A stretch of DNA of 33,850 nt from Candidatus Iainarchaeum sp. (GTDB lineage Archaea > Iainarchaeota > Iainarchaeia > Iainarchaeales > JAZDEL01). A model generated the notes under the pieces. That model was not told the DNA's origin and searched no databases. It saw only the letters and a list, made by a program, of their open reading frames with translations. Positions 15,568 to 24,836 of this stretch are shown here, one piece after another. A program made the translations under genes and the position numbers. The stretch covers positions 1 through 33,850 of the forward strand of contig JBDRDO010000030.1 of assembly GCA_043820655.1 (NCBI GenBank), written 5' to 3'. Within the stretch, counting starts at the first letter, position 1. The number at the start of each line of letters is the position of its first letter.

Positions 15568-16566
15568 ATGGCAGACTACAAACTTGAAGGCATGCAGGGC
15601 AAGAATGTCCTCGTGCTTGGCGGGCTTGGATTTATTGGTTCAAATACAATGCATAAATGTGTTGAGCTGGGCGCGAGTGTGACTGCGTTTGATGCAATGC
15701 TCGGGCAATACGGGGCGAACATGGCGAATTTGGAGGGTGTGAAGGAGAAGGTTGAATTTGTTAAGGCGGATATGCGGGATTTTGATGCGCTTGCAGAGGC
15801 TGTGAAGGGCAAGGATTACATCTTCAACTGTGCGGGACAGGTTTCGCATGTTGATTCAATGGAAAACCCGCTTTTTGATGTTGAACTTAATGTGCAGGCA
15901 AACCTTAATTTGCTTGAGACATGCAGGAAGCACAATGACAGTGTGAAAATTGTTTATGCAGGAACGATAGGGCAGTTCGGCAGCCAGGAGTATTTGCCGA
16001 TTGACGAGAAGCACCCGACAATGCCGAAGGATGTTTATGGCATTGACAAGCTTGCCGCGGAGAAGTACCATTTGCTTTACAGCGAGAATTACGGGATGAA
16101 TGCCTGCTCCCTGCGGATAAACAATACTTACGGCGAACGGCACCAGATGAAACACGGAAATTACGGAATTCTTAATTGGTTCATTCGCCTCGCGCTTGAA
16201 AACAAAAAAATAACTGTTTTTGGAGAGGGTACACAGTTGAGGGATTACTGCTATGTGCAGGATATTGTTGATGCGCAGATTCTTGCCGCGCAGAGCGAAA
16301 AGGCGAACGGGAAGTTCTACTGCACAGGCACGGGGAAGGGAATGAAGTTTGTGGACATGGTAAAGATGATTATTGAAAAGGCAGGTTCCGGGGAATCCGA
16401 GATGGTGCCGTTCCCTGCGAAGAGGCAGAGGATTGAGGTGGGGGATGTTTATTTTTCGCATAAGAAGATAAAGGAAGAACTTGGCTGGGAACCAAAAACA
16501 GAGTTTGCGGAAGGGCTTGGGAAAACAATTGAATTTTACAGGGCGAATTTGCAGAAATATATATGA
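15568..16566 (+). CDS. NAD-dependent nucleotide-sugar epimerase/dehydratase (extended SDR)
   Basis: GGLGFIGS, YGIDK (YxxxK), GTQLRDYCYVQD; SD GAGGGTGA before ATG 15568. Confidence 0.92.
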   Translation: MADYKLEGMQGKNVLVLGGLGFIGSNTMHKCVELGASVTAFDAMLGQYGANMANLEGVKEKVEFVKADMRDFDALAEAVKGKDYIFNCAGQVSHVDSMENPLFDVELNVQANLNLLETCRKHNDSVKIVYAGTIGQFGSQEYLPIDEKHPTMPKDVYGIDKLAAEKYHLLYSENYGMNACSLRINNTYGERHQMKHGNYGILNWFIRLALENKKITVFGEGTQLRDYCYVQDIVDAQILAAQSEKANGKFYCTGTGKGMKFVDMVKMIIEKAGSGESEMVPFPAKRQRIEVGDVYFSHKKIKEELGWEPKTEFAEGLGKTIEFYRANLQKYI

Positions 16567-16578
16567 AAAGGTGGGCAA

Positions 16579-17487
16579 ATGGAAACAAAAATAAAAAACA
16601 CAAAAGTTCTTGTTACAGGCGGGAATGGCTTTCTTGGCAAGAAAATAATTAAGGTTTTTGCCGATGCGGGTGCGGAAGTGCTTGGCACATCCCGCAAACC
16701 TGCGGAAGGCATGGTGAAAATGGAAATGCTTGATACTGAAAGCATTGCCACTGCTGTTGAGAAGGCTGGTGCGGAAATTGTTATTCATACCGCAGCAAAC
16801 AAGGACAATGATTTCTGCGAGGGCAATAAGGAAAGGGCAAGGGCGATTAATGTGGAGGGGACGCGTAAACTTGCGCAGGAATGCAAAAAGCGCGGCGCAA
16901 AGATGGTTTATATTTCAACAGAATATGTTTTTGACGGGAAGAAGGAGAGGGAGTATTCCGAGGGCGATGAAATTTCGCCCGTGAATTATTACGGGGAAAC
17001 TAAGGCCGCGGGGGAGCGTGCAGTGCTTGAGGAACTGCCGGATGCGCTTATTGTAAGGCCGGGAATTTTGTATGGTTTCAATAATGTGCATGATGAAACG
17101 AATTTCGTATGGTGGGCGCTTGATGAAATGCGGCAGGGCAGGGCGGTAAAAGGCTTCACAGACCAGGTTTTCTGCCCTGTGCTGATTGATGATGTTTCAA
17201 CTGCAATACTCGCACTGCTGAAGAAGGATAAGTCGGGAATTTACCATGTAACAGGCGGGGAGTGCTTAACGCGGTATGAGTTTTTGGTCAAGGGAGCGGA
17301 GGTTTTCGGGTTTGACCCTGCACTTGTTCAGCGCTCCACATGGGCAGAGAGCGGCAAGGTTGCGGACAAGCCAAGCAAACTTATTTTGAGCATTGAAAAA
17401 CTGCGCGCGGAAGGAATTGAGACGCGCGGAGTAAGCGCAGGCTTTGGCGCAATGAAAGACCAACTGCCTATTTCATGGTTTGGCTGA
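16579..17487 (+). CDS. rfbD: dTDP-4-dehydrorhamnose reductase-like SDR (RmlD/RfbD)
   Basis: GGNGFLG, YISTEYVFDG, PVNYYGETKAAGE, DQVFCP. Confidence 0.85.
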   Translation: METKIKNTKVLVTGGNGFLGKKIIKVFADAGAEVLGTSRKPAEGMVKMEMLDTESIATAVEKAGAEIVIHTAANKDNDFCEGNKERARAINVEGTRKLAQECKKRGAKMVYISTEYVFDGKKEREYSEGDEISPVNYYGETKAAGERAVLEELPDALIVRPGILYGFNNVHDETNFVWWALDEMRQGRAVKGFTDQVFCPVLIDDVSTAILALLKKDKSGIYHVTGGECLTRYEFLVKGAEVFGFDPALVQRSTWAESGKVADKPSKLILSIEKLRAEGIETRGVSAGFGAMKDQLPISWFG

Positions 17488-17492
17488 GGCGC

Positions 17493-18764
17493 TTATCCAC
17501 CACCAACAGAATCGGCAAAATCCTTTCCCGCCTGTATGCATTCATCCGCATTTAAGTAGCGCCAGGCCCCGAATCTGCCCACGCAGTGAATTCCGCGCTC
17601 TTTGAACCAATCGGTTATTTTTGCGATGATTTCAGGGTGCGAGGTTTCCATCTGCACATAGCCGTATTCAAGCAGGTTTTCGTCTATCAAACAGACATCA
17701 TCCTTGCGGTCTAGGACGCCGACCTTGATCATATCCTTTATCACGCGCTCAGGCGTGAATTCTTCAGAACATTCAACCTGCAGCAGGTGCTTTCCCTTCG
17801 GCGCGACGCTGTCTGAGAATGCAGAGGGGATTGAAAGGCGGACAAATGAAATATCCGCGTCCCCGTAATATGCCCAATAGAAGGGCTTTTTCGGCGGCTT
17901 TGTGATGCCGAATGAATAAACCCATACAGGCTGGTTTTTGAGTTTTTTTGCAAGCGCGGAAATTTCTGCAGGAACATCCTTTGTAATTTTCACAAGCTCG
18001 GGCAAAGGAATTGTGGATACAAGGGTTTCGTATTTTGTTTCCTTGCCGTTTTCAAATTTAACTGTGCGGTTTTCAGTGTCAATCTCTGTTGCACTGTGTT
18101 CAGTGTGAATCGGCGAGGAAATGCGCGAGGTGAACGCCTTAATCAATTCATCAAAACCGCCATTTGCGGGGTAGCGCATGTTGGGGTTATAGCCAAACTC
18201 CTTCCTCAGGGGGCGCTCAATGCTGTTCCTCACTTCCTCAACGCTTACCTCGGGGCAGCGCCAGCTTATGAATTCAGTGTCCATTTCATGGGCACGCATG
18301 CCGAACTTTTTTTCATTGTAAGGAATCAGGAAGTGGTTTGCTATGCCTGTGCCGAATGTTATTTCAATCCATTCACCGAAATTTTTGGGTTTTTCATGTT
18401 CTGTTTCGCGTGCGGCAATTATGCCAGTCAGGCAGTCCTGCTGAACCTTTTCAGAAACCTCGTGCAGCGAACCCTGGAAGGGGTAGTCAATGTACTTGTT
18501 CTCAAAATAAATTTTCGCAAGGCTTTTTTTCTGCAGCATGTTGCCGCGCAGGAATTCTTCGTAAAGTTCATTTACATAAGGGTTCGAGGTGAAGATTGTG
18601 TGCACAGCATAATCAATCAAAAAACCGTCGCGGTTTTTTGTTCGGCACAATCCGCCGGGTTCTTCTGCGGCCTCAAAAAGCTCGAAGTCTTTGCTGCCTG
18701 CCTTTTCAAGGTGGTGCGCAATGCTGAGGGCTGTGATGCCTGCACCAAGAATTTTAAGGTTCAC
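17493..18764 (-). CDS. FAD-dependent oxidoreductase, UDP-galactopyranose mutase-like (HemY/amine oxidase superfamily)
   Basis: ILGAGITAL, E..EEPGGLCRT, YPFQ, FLIPYNEK, YPANGG, VSTIPL, GRFGAWRY; GTG start overlapping the upstream TGA. Confidence 0.8.
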   Translation of the reverse strand: MNLKILGAGITALSIAHHLEKAGSKDFELFEAAEEPGGLCRTKNRDGFLIDYAVHTIFTSNPYVNELYEEFLRGNMLQKKSLAKIYFENKYIDYPFQGSLHEVSEKVQQDCLTGIIAARETEHEKPKNFGEWIEITFGTGIANHFLIPYNEKKFGMRAHEMDTEFISWRCPEVSVEEVRNSIERPLRKEFGYNPNMRYPANGGFDELIKAFTSRISSPIHTEHSATEIDTENRTVKFENGKETKYETLVSTIPLPELVKITKDVPAEISALAKKLKNQPVWVYSFGITKPPKKPFYWAYYGDADISFVRLSIPSAFSDSVAPKGKHLLQVECSEEFTPERVIKDMIKVGVLDRKDDVCLIDENLLEYGYVQMETSHPEIIAKITDWFKERGIHCVGRFGAWRYLNADECIQAGKDFADSVGGG

Positions 18765-19876
18765 ATTAACACCCCATTGTAAATCTTTACGAGGTTTTTT
18801 GCAACAGCCTCAAGGGAGAACTTGTTTGCAACAACAGTGCGTGCCTTTGTTGAAAGTATTTTGCGCTTCGCGGGATTTTCAATCAGCGAGTTTATTGCAT
18901 CCGCGAGTGCGCGAGTGTTGTTGCGCGGAACAAAGAGTGCTGCATCCCCGACAAGGTTTTTTACATCCCCTACATCAGTTACAACGCACGGCACGCCGAA
19001 CGCAAGGTACTCAAGGAAGCTTATTCCTATTGTTACATCAAATACAAATACGTGCGGCGCAACTGAGGTTACGGCCCAGACATCATTGCACTCCTGCTGG
19101 GAAACATTTCCGCCGAACAGAACAAAATCCTGCAGGCCTTTTTCACGGACGTAATTTTCAAGGGCCGGCTTTCCCTGCCCGCCGCCGAAAATCACATACT
19201 TATAATCAGGGTGCTTTTCCCTTACGGCAGGCATTGCGTCAATAACCTGCATCAATGCCTTTGTGTTCAGACCTGCGAGGTTTTTGAGGCTTGTGATAAG
19301 GTTTTTGCCGTAGCGGGAAGTAAATTTTTTTCCGGTGGCGCGCAAATTATAATTTTTCATATCAAGCGCGGGCGGGATTACATGAAGTTTTTCTTTTGGG
19401 ATGCCCCAGGGCAAAAGGAATTGACTGAAGGGCATTGCGCTCCAGCATGTGAGAGCATCAAAATTAAGGCGCGGGATAAGGAATTTTTCCGAAAGGAAGA
19501 TTGCCTTGCCGTGCAGGCTCGCAGTTTCAGGGCTGAGCATTTCAATTGTGTAAACATGCGGCACGCCCGAAACGCATTTTATCCTGTGACCTATAATGCC
19601 CATAAAACTGTTGCTGTGGGAATGTATGACATCAGGATTGAATTTTTTCGCGAGCGCAACAGCCCTGTGTATAGAGAAAAGGACCTGAAGCTTGTGCAGG
19701 GCGTGGTGCCCAAAATGGGGTGCAATGTAAGTTTCAGCGCCTGGAAGTTTATAATCACATGAAGTGAAAATGAACAATTTGTGCCCCTGTTTAATTAATT
19801 GGGAAAGCAGGTTGCGCGTCATTACCTCGCTGCCGCCGTAATCGCCTATTGTGTTTGTTATGAAGAAAATTCTCAC
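18761..19876 (-). CDS. Glycosyltransferase family 4 (GT-B)
   Basis: GGSE, PDVIHSH, IGISFLEYLAFGVPCVVTDVG; probable GTG start at 19876 after GGGTGGGTG. Confidence 0.88.
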   Translation of the reverse strand: MRIFFITNTIGDYGGSEVMTRNLLSQLIKQGHKLFIFTSCDYKLPGAETYIAPHFGHHALHKLQVLFSIHRAVALAKKFNPDVIHSHSNSFMGIIGHRIKCVSGVPHVYTIEMLSPETASLHGKAIFLSEKFLIPRLNFDALTCWSAMPFSQFLLPWGIPKEKLHVIPPALDMKNYNLRATGKKFTSRYGKNLITSLKNLAGLNTKALMQVIDAMPAVREKHPDYKYVIFGGGQGKPALENYVREKGLQDFVLFGGNVSQQECNDVWAVTSVAPHVFVFDVTIGISFLEYLAFGVPCVVTDVGDVKNLVGDAALFVPRNNTRALADAINSLIENPAKRKILSTKARTVVANKFSLEAVAKNLVKIYNGVLM

Positions 19877-20004
19877 TTTGCTGCACCCACCCAAAAACCG
19901 CCTGATTATGAAAGAAAGCCCTTTAATGTTTAAAAAGCGCTGTGGTACATAAGTGGAACTTTGCGCAGGGGGAGTTATTTAAACTATTTGCATTCTGATG
20001 ATAA

Positions 20005-20092
20005 TATCAAATGACAATTGTAACGGTAAAAGTATGTCATTTGATAGCTATCAAAAGACAATAAAAATTGCTAGAATTAATGTCTTTTGATA
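20005..20092. repeat. Array of four alternating 12-bp half-sites TATCAAAWGACA
   Basis: TATCAAATGACA 20005-20016 / TGTCATTTGATA 20035-20046 / TATCAAAAGACA 20049-20060 / TGTCTTTTGATA 20081-20092; pairs 1-2 and 3-4 are each perfect inverted repeats. Confidence 0.92.
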
Positions 20093-20132
20093 TAATGTAT
20101 ATTTGAGTTATTGAAGCAGGGATGTGCATCTG

Positions 20133-21206
20133 ATGGGACTGGGAAAGAACACCGAATATTACATATTCCAGCTGCAGCGCTCTTTCGGAAGATTTGTGTT
20201 AACGCCTTATGTGGGCGCAAGGAAACTGCTGAATGCATTTGCGCTGGGGATGCAGTTTGTTTTCCTGAGGAATTCAAAACTGTGGGGCTATCCGCTGAAG
20301 ATTAGTTTTGACCCCACAAATGCGTGCATGCTTAAATGCCCCTTATGCCCCACGGGAAACAGGAGAAAGGGCAGGGAATGGGGGAAAATGAAATTTACGG
20401 ATTTCAAAAAAGTGATGGATGAAATGGCGCCCTGGCTTTATGAAATAAACCTGAACAACTGGGGCGAGCCGTTTTTGAATAAGGATATGATAAAAATGGC
20501 GGAGTACGCGCACGGCAAGAGGGTGTGGACAAGCATAAATTCAAACATGAATGTTCCGCTGTCAGAGCGCGATGCGGAAAGGCTTGTGCAGAGCGGGCTT
20601 GACTGGCTTTATGTTTCATTTGACGGGATTACTCAGGAGGCTTATGAAAAATACAGGCGCAATGGAAATTTGAAAACCGTATTTGATAATCTGAAACTGG
20701 TGCACCGGAAGAAAAAGGAATTGAACAGCAAAACGCCCGCGGTTGTATGGCAGTTTTTGCGGATGAAACACAACGAACACGAGGTTCCTGAATTGGAGCG
20801 CGTGAAAAAGGAGCTTGGCATTGATGAGCTTGTTGTCGGCGCGGTAAGGTGTGATTTGGGAAATGAGATTTTTGTAACGGACAGGGAAAAGGTTGACAGC
20901 ATGGCGCAGTGGCTGCCGAGCGATGACAGGAACAGCAGGTATGATTATGAAAAGAAGGAGCGCAGGGTGCAGAAGGAATTCTGCCCTTTCCTGTGGTTTG
21001 TTACGGTTGTGAATTGGGACGGTTCAGTGAGTCCGTGCTGTGCAATTTATGAGAAGAAGTATGACTTTGGGAATGCTTTTACGGGAAACCTTAAGGAAAT
21101 CTGGAATAATGAGAAGTATATTGCCTCAAGGGATATGGTTGCGCGCAGGCCTGCAAAGCAGAGCACTGTGTGCGCTAATTGTTTAAAGACCGGTTTTATT
21201 GATTGA
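20133..21206 (+). CDS. Radical SAM protein with SPASM/twitch domain
   Basis: CMLKCPLC (CxxxCxxC), WGEPFLN, VSFDG, C-terminal CPFLW...DGSVSPCC...CANC. The start is ATG 20133 or GTG 20124. Confidence 0.92.
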   Translation: MGLGKNTEYYIFQLQRSFGRFVLTPYVGARKLLNAFALGMQFVFLRNSKLWGYPLKISFDPTNACMLKCPLCPTGNRRKGREWGKMKFTDFKKVMDEMAPWLYEINLNNWGEPFLNKDMIKMAEYAHGKRVWTSINSNMNVPLSERDAERLVQSGLDWLYVSFDGITQEAYEKYRRNGNLKTVFDNLKLVHRKKKELNSKTPAVVWQFLRMKHNEHEVPELERVKKELGIDELVVGAVRCDLGNEIFVTDREKVDSMAQWLPSDDRNSRYDYEKKERRVQKEFCPFLWFVTVVNWDGSVSPCCAIYEKKYDFGNAFTGNLKEIWNNEKYIASRDMVARRPAKQSTVCANCLKTGFID

Positions 21207-21207
21207 C

Positions 21208-22104
21208 ATGGCTGATGGGGAAAAAAGCGCGGGAAAGGCAAAGCGTACGGCAATAATCATAGTAAACTGGAACCGCCTAGGCTTAACGCGCGACTGCCTG
21301 AATTCATTGCGCAAGAATACCACTTACCCTAATTATGAAGTGATTGTTGTTGACAATGCAAGTAGTGATGGAAGTGTTGCAGCGCTGCGGAAGGAGTTTC
21401 CGTGGACGCGTGTGATTGCGAACAGCAGGAATGAGGGTTTCGCCGGCGCGAACAACAGGGCTTTCAATGATGTGCGCGCGGATTATTATTTCATGCTTAA
21501 CAATGACACACTGCTGACAAAAAACTGGCTGGTTAATGCGGTTAAGGTTATGGAGAGTGATGCGCGCATAGGGGTTGTGGGATGCGAGGAGGTCACAAAC
21601 CTTCCTGATTTTAACGCAAAAAAATACGGGAAGTGCGCGGACAGGGATGTTATGACCGTTAGCGGGGCGACAATGCTTGTGCGCGCGGAAGTTCTGCGGA
21701 AAGTGGGAACGCTTGATGCAAAGGAGTTCAGCCCTGCGTACGGGGAGGAAACTGACCTGAATTACAGGGCGCACAATGCGGGCTACAGGATAGTGCGCAC
21801 GTGCAAAAGCTCAATCATGCATTTTGGAGGGAAGAGCAGCGAGCAGCTCGGGAGTGCGGAACAGTATCTGCTTTGCAACACTAACAGAATTAAGGTAATG
21901 CTGTATAATCTCGGAATTTTGAATTTGATAAGGCATGTGCCGGGCTGGGGGCTTATATTTGTGAAGAGCGTGCCGGAAATGCGCACGCATCTTTTGCTCA
22001 GGGCAGCATGGAGGAATCTGCGGAATGCGGGGAAAATCATGCGGGAGAGGCGCAAAAGGGCGGAAAGCGCTAAGAAACTGCGGCAAAAACTGTTCGGCGA
22101 ATGA
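21208..22104 (+). CDS. Glycosyltransferase family 2 (WbbL/rhamnosyltransferase-like)
   Basis: IIIVNWN, VVDNASSDGS, NEGFAGANN, LNNDT, SGATML, YGEETDL. Confidence 0.9.
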   Translation: MADGEKSAGKAKRTAIIIVNWNRLGLTRDCLNSLRKNTTYPNYEVIVVDNASSDGSVAALRKEFPWTRVIANSRNEGFAGANNRAFNDVRADYYFMLNNDTLLTKNWLVNAVKVMESDARIGVVGCEEVTNLPDFNAKKYGKCADRDVMTVSGATMLVRAEVLRKVGTLDAKEFSPAYGEETDLNYRAHNAGYRIVRTCKSSIMHFGGKSSEQLGSAEQYLLCNTNRIKVMLYNLGILNLIRHVPGWGLIFVKSVPEMRTHLLLRAAWRNLRNAGKIMRERRKRAESAKKLRQKLFGE

Positions 22105-22203
22105 ACCAAGGGCAGAATGTGAAGGAACTTAAAGCTTACGTGCGGTTAAAATATTAATTAAGCCTTTAAAGCAAGGCGGAAAAAAGCGAAAAATGGCGAT
22201 AAT

Positions 22204-23178
22204 ATGGCATTTCAGAAGGTTTTGGTAACTGGCGGCGCGGGCTTTATCGGAAGCAATTTCGTGCACTATTTCCTAAGGGAGCACCCTCAGAGCGAGCTTG
22301 TGAACCTGGATAAGTTAACCTATGCGGGGAACAAGGCAAACCTTGCAGGGCTTGAGGGGAATAAGAATTACTCATTTGTACAGGCGGATATTTGCGATGC
22401 CGCGGCTGTGGGAAAGGCAATGGAGGGGTGCGATGCCATTGTAAATTTTGCAGCGGAGAGCCACGTGGATCGTTCTATTAAGGATGCAAGCACTTTTCTG
22501 AGAACTAATGTTGAGGGCGTGAGGGTTCTGCTTGAGGCAGCGGGAAGTGCGGGTGTGAAAAGATTTATGCAAATTTCAACCGATGAGGTTTACGGGAGCA
22601 TTGCGGAAGGGTCATTTAAGGAGACTGATGCACTGAGCCCGAGGAATCCGTATTCCGCGTCAAAGGCAGCGGCGGATTTGCTTGTGAATTCATATGCGGA
22701 AACTTACGGGCTCGGTACCGTAATTACACGCTCGTCAAATAATTTCGGGCCTTACCAATTTCCGGAGAAGGTTATTCCGCTTTTTGTGACAAATTTGCTG
22801 CGCGGGAAGAAAGTGCCGCTTTACGGGGATGGAATGAACGTGCGCGAGTGGATTTATGTTGAGGATAATTGCAGAGGGATTGAAACCGTTTTCGCAAAGG
22901 GAAAAAAGGGCGAAACCTACAATGTCGGGAGCGGGGATGAGAAAACTAACATTGACTTGACAAAGGCGATACTTGCGGAGCTTGGAAAGGGGGATGATAT
23001 GATTGAGCGCGTGCAGGACAGGCTTGGGCATGACAGGAGATATTCGCTTGACTGCACGAAACTTCGCGCGCTTGGATGGGAGCCGACGGGCAATTTCGGC
23101 GAGAATTTGAAGCGCACGGTTTCATGGTATAAGGGAAATGAAAAATGGTGGGAGCCGTTGCTGGAGGGGATGAAATGA
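22204..23178 (+). CDS. rfbB: dTDP-glucose 4,6-dehydratase (RmlB)
   Basis: GGAGFIGSNF, DKLTYAGN, AAESHVDRSI, STDEVYG, PYSASKA, SNNFGPYQFPEK, DRLGHDRRY. Confidence 0.97.
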   Translation: MAFQKVLVTGGAGFIGSNFVHYFLREHPQSELVNLDKLTYAGNKANLAGLEGNKNYSFVQADICDAAAVGKAMEGCDAIVNFAAESHVDRSIKDASTFLRTNVEGVRVLLEAAGSAGVKRFMQISTDEVYGSIAEGSFKETDALSPRNPYSASKAAADLLVNSYAETYGLGTVITRSSNNFGPYQFPEKVIPLFVTNLLRGKKVPLYGDGMNVREWIYVEDNCRGIETVFAKGKKGETYNVGSGDEKTNIDLTKAILAELGKGDDMIERVQDRLGHDRRYSLDCTKLRALGWEPTGNFGENLKRTVSWYKGNEKWWEPLLEGMK

Positions 23179-23924
23179 AAGGGATTATACTTGCGGGCGG
23201 AATGGGAACAAGATTGATGCCGCTGACAAAGGTTACGAATAAGCACCTGTTGCCTGTTTACAACAAGCCGATGATTTATTATCCATTGGAGAAACTTGTG
23301 CAGGCGGGGATAAAGGAGGTGCTTATAGTTACCGGGCCCGAACATGCGGGGGATTTTTTGAAACTGCTTGGTTCGGGAAAGGATTTTGGCGTAAGGCTGA
23401 TGTATGAACTGCAGGACAAGGCAGGCGGGATTGCCGATGCGCTGAGGCTTGCGGAAGATTTTGCGCAGGGTGAGAAGGTTGTAGTGATTCTCGGGGATAA
23501 TATATTTGAGGATGATATTTCAGAGTATGCGCACGAGTTTGAGAAAGGGAGTGATGGCGCAAGGATATTTCTTAAAGAGGTTGAGGACGCGGAAAGATTT
23601 GGCGTGGCGGAGCTTGACGGGGACAAGGTGCTTGGCATTGAGGAGAAACCGGAAAAGCCGAAGAGCAATTTTGCTGTGACTGGGCTTTACATGTATGATG
23701 CAAATGTGTTTGAAATAATCAAGGGGCAGAAGCCCAGCGGGCGCGGGGAGTATGAGATTACGGACGTGAACAATGAGTACATAAGGCGCGGTGCAATGAA
23801 TGCGGGCGTGCTGAAAGGGTTCTGGACTGACGCGGGAAAGGTTGAAAGCCTTTACAGGGCGGCAGGGCTTGTGAGGGAGAAGGAACTTAAAGAGGGAAAG
23901 GGGAAAGAAAAAGGGAGTGAGTAA
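23175..23924 (+). CDS. rfbA: Glucose-1-phosphate thymidylyltransferase (RmlA-like, short form)
   Basis: GIILAGGMGTRLMPLT..TNKHLLPVYNKPMIYYP, LGDNIF, EEKP..PKSNFAVTGLY, SGRGEYEITD, WTDAG; ATGA overlap. Confidence 0.93.
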   Translation: MKGIILAGGMGTRLMPLTKVTNKHLLPVYNKPMIYYPLEKLVQAGIKEVLIVTGPEHAGDFLKLLGSGKDFGVRLMYELQDKAGGIADALRLAEDFAQGEKVVVILGDNIFEDDISEYAHEFEKGSDGARIFLKEVEDAERFGVAELDGDKVLGIEEKPEKPKSNFAVTGLYMYDANVFEIIKGQKPSGRGEYEITDVNNEYIRRGAMNAGVLKGFWTDAGKVESLYRAAGLVREKELKEGKGKEKGSE

Positions 23925-24827
23925 ATGGCCGTGAAAATGCCTTCCGCTTCTGTTGTTGTTATGACGCACAACCGCGCGGGCGTGCTGCAAAAAACGCTTG
24001 ATGCAATGCTTAAGCAGGATTATGCCGCGAATTACGAGATAGTTGTTGTCAATGACGGCAGTACGGATAAAACAAGGGAAATGCTTGCGCGGGAATTCGG
24101 CGGGGAGAAAAGGATAAAGGTTCTGAACCAGAAACGCTCCTTCCCATGCAGGGCAAGGAACAACGGAATCAAAAATGCGCGGAACAATTTTGTTGTTATA
24201 ATGGATGATGACTGCATCCCCGCAAGGAACTGGCTCGGGAATTTAATGATTGGATTTTTTGAGAACGGGGCACTAAATAAAAAAATTGGCGTTGTGAGTT
24301 CGTTCCATGAGTTTGGCGGCACAAGCACCGCGTTCAAAAGGGAGGCGCTTACGAAAGTGGGGGGGTATGACGAGAATTACAGGTATTACCGAGAGGACAC
24401 TGATTTAGTTTTCAGGATTCTTGACGCTGGCTATGAAAACCGCGTGGTTAAAAACGCGAAATTCAGGCACGAGCACAAAATGGAAAATCCACAGGGCTTG
24501 TCCGGCTGGATAAGGTACGGGCTTGAGAGGTGCGGCTACCATATGAATGATGTTCTGCTTTACAAAAACAACCCTGCACGTGCGGAGAAATTTCTTGATG
24601 TTAAGATGGGCTTCCTTGTGAACCCTTTTGCGGACTGGGCTACTGCAACAAACCAGTGGGGCAAGGGCGGGGAGCTGAGGCTTGGCTCCCCTCGCGGGCT
24701 TACATTTGTGCAGAACAAGAGCCCTATGCATGCGCTTGCGATTATCGGGGCGGCATGGGGCTATGTGCTTTGTGTTAAGGCATACAGGCTCAGCGGCAGC
24801 ATTAAGTTCGGGAAATTATTGGTATAG
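23925..24827 (+). CDS. Glycosyltransferase family 2
   Basis: SVVVMTHNR, VVNDGSTD, ARNNG, MDDDC, GGYDE, EDTDL. Confidence 0.9.
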   Translation: MAVKMPSASVVVMTHNRAGVLQKTLDAMLKQDYAANYEIVVVNDGSTDKTREMLAREFGGEKRIKVLNQKRSFPCRARNNGIKNARNNFVVIMDDDCIPARNWLGNLMIGFFENGALNKKIGVVSSFHEFGGTSTAFKREALTKVGGYDENYRYYREDTDLVFRILDAGYENRVVKNAKFRHEHKMENPQGLSGWIRYGLERCGYHMNDVLLYKNNPARAEKFLDVKMGFLVNPFADWATATNQWGKGGELRLGSPRGLTFVQNKSPMHALAIIGAAWGYVLCVKAYRLSGSIKFGKLLV

Positions 24828-24836
24828 GCGTTGGAA

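Noticed and set aside
19945-19974. ORB-like origin box (AAGTGGAAC...GGGGG) beside AT-rich DNA
   Set aside because: Single, poor match to the TCCA-N3-GAAA core, and no cdc6/orc1 gene in the window.
20005-20092. CRISPR mini-array or invertible-segment boundary for the antisense cassette
   Set aside because: Only one complete 26-bp palindrome with short 18-20 nt spacers; no matching site at the other end of the cassette (5-nt gap at 17488-17492).
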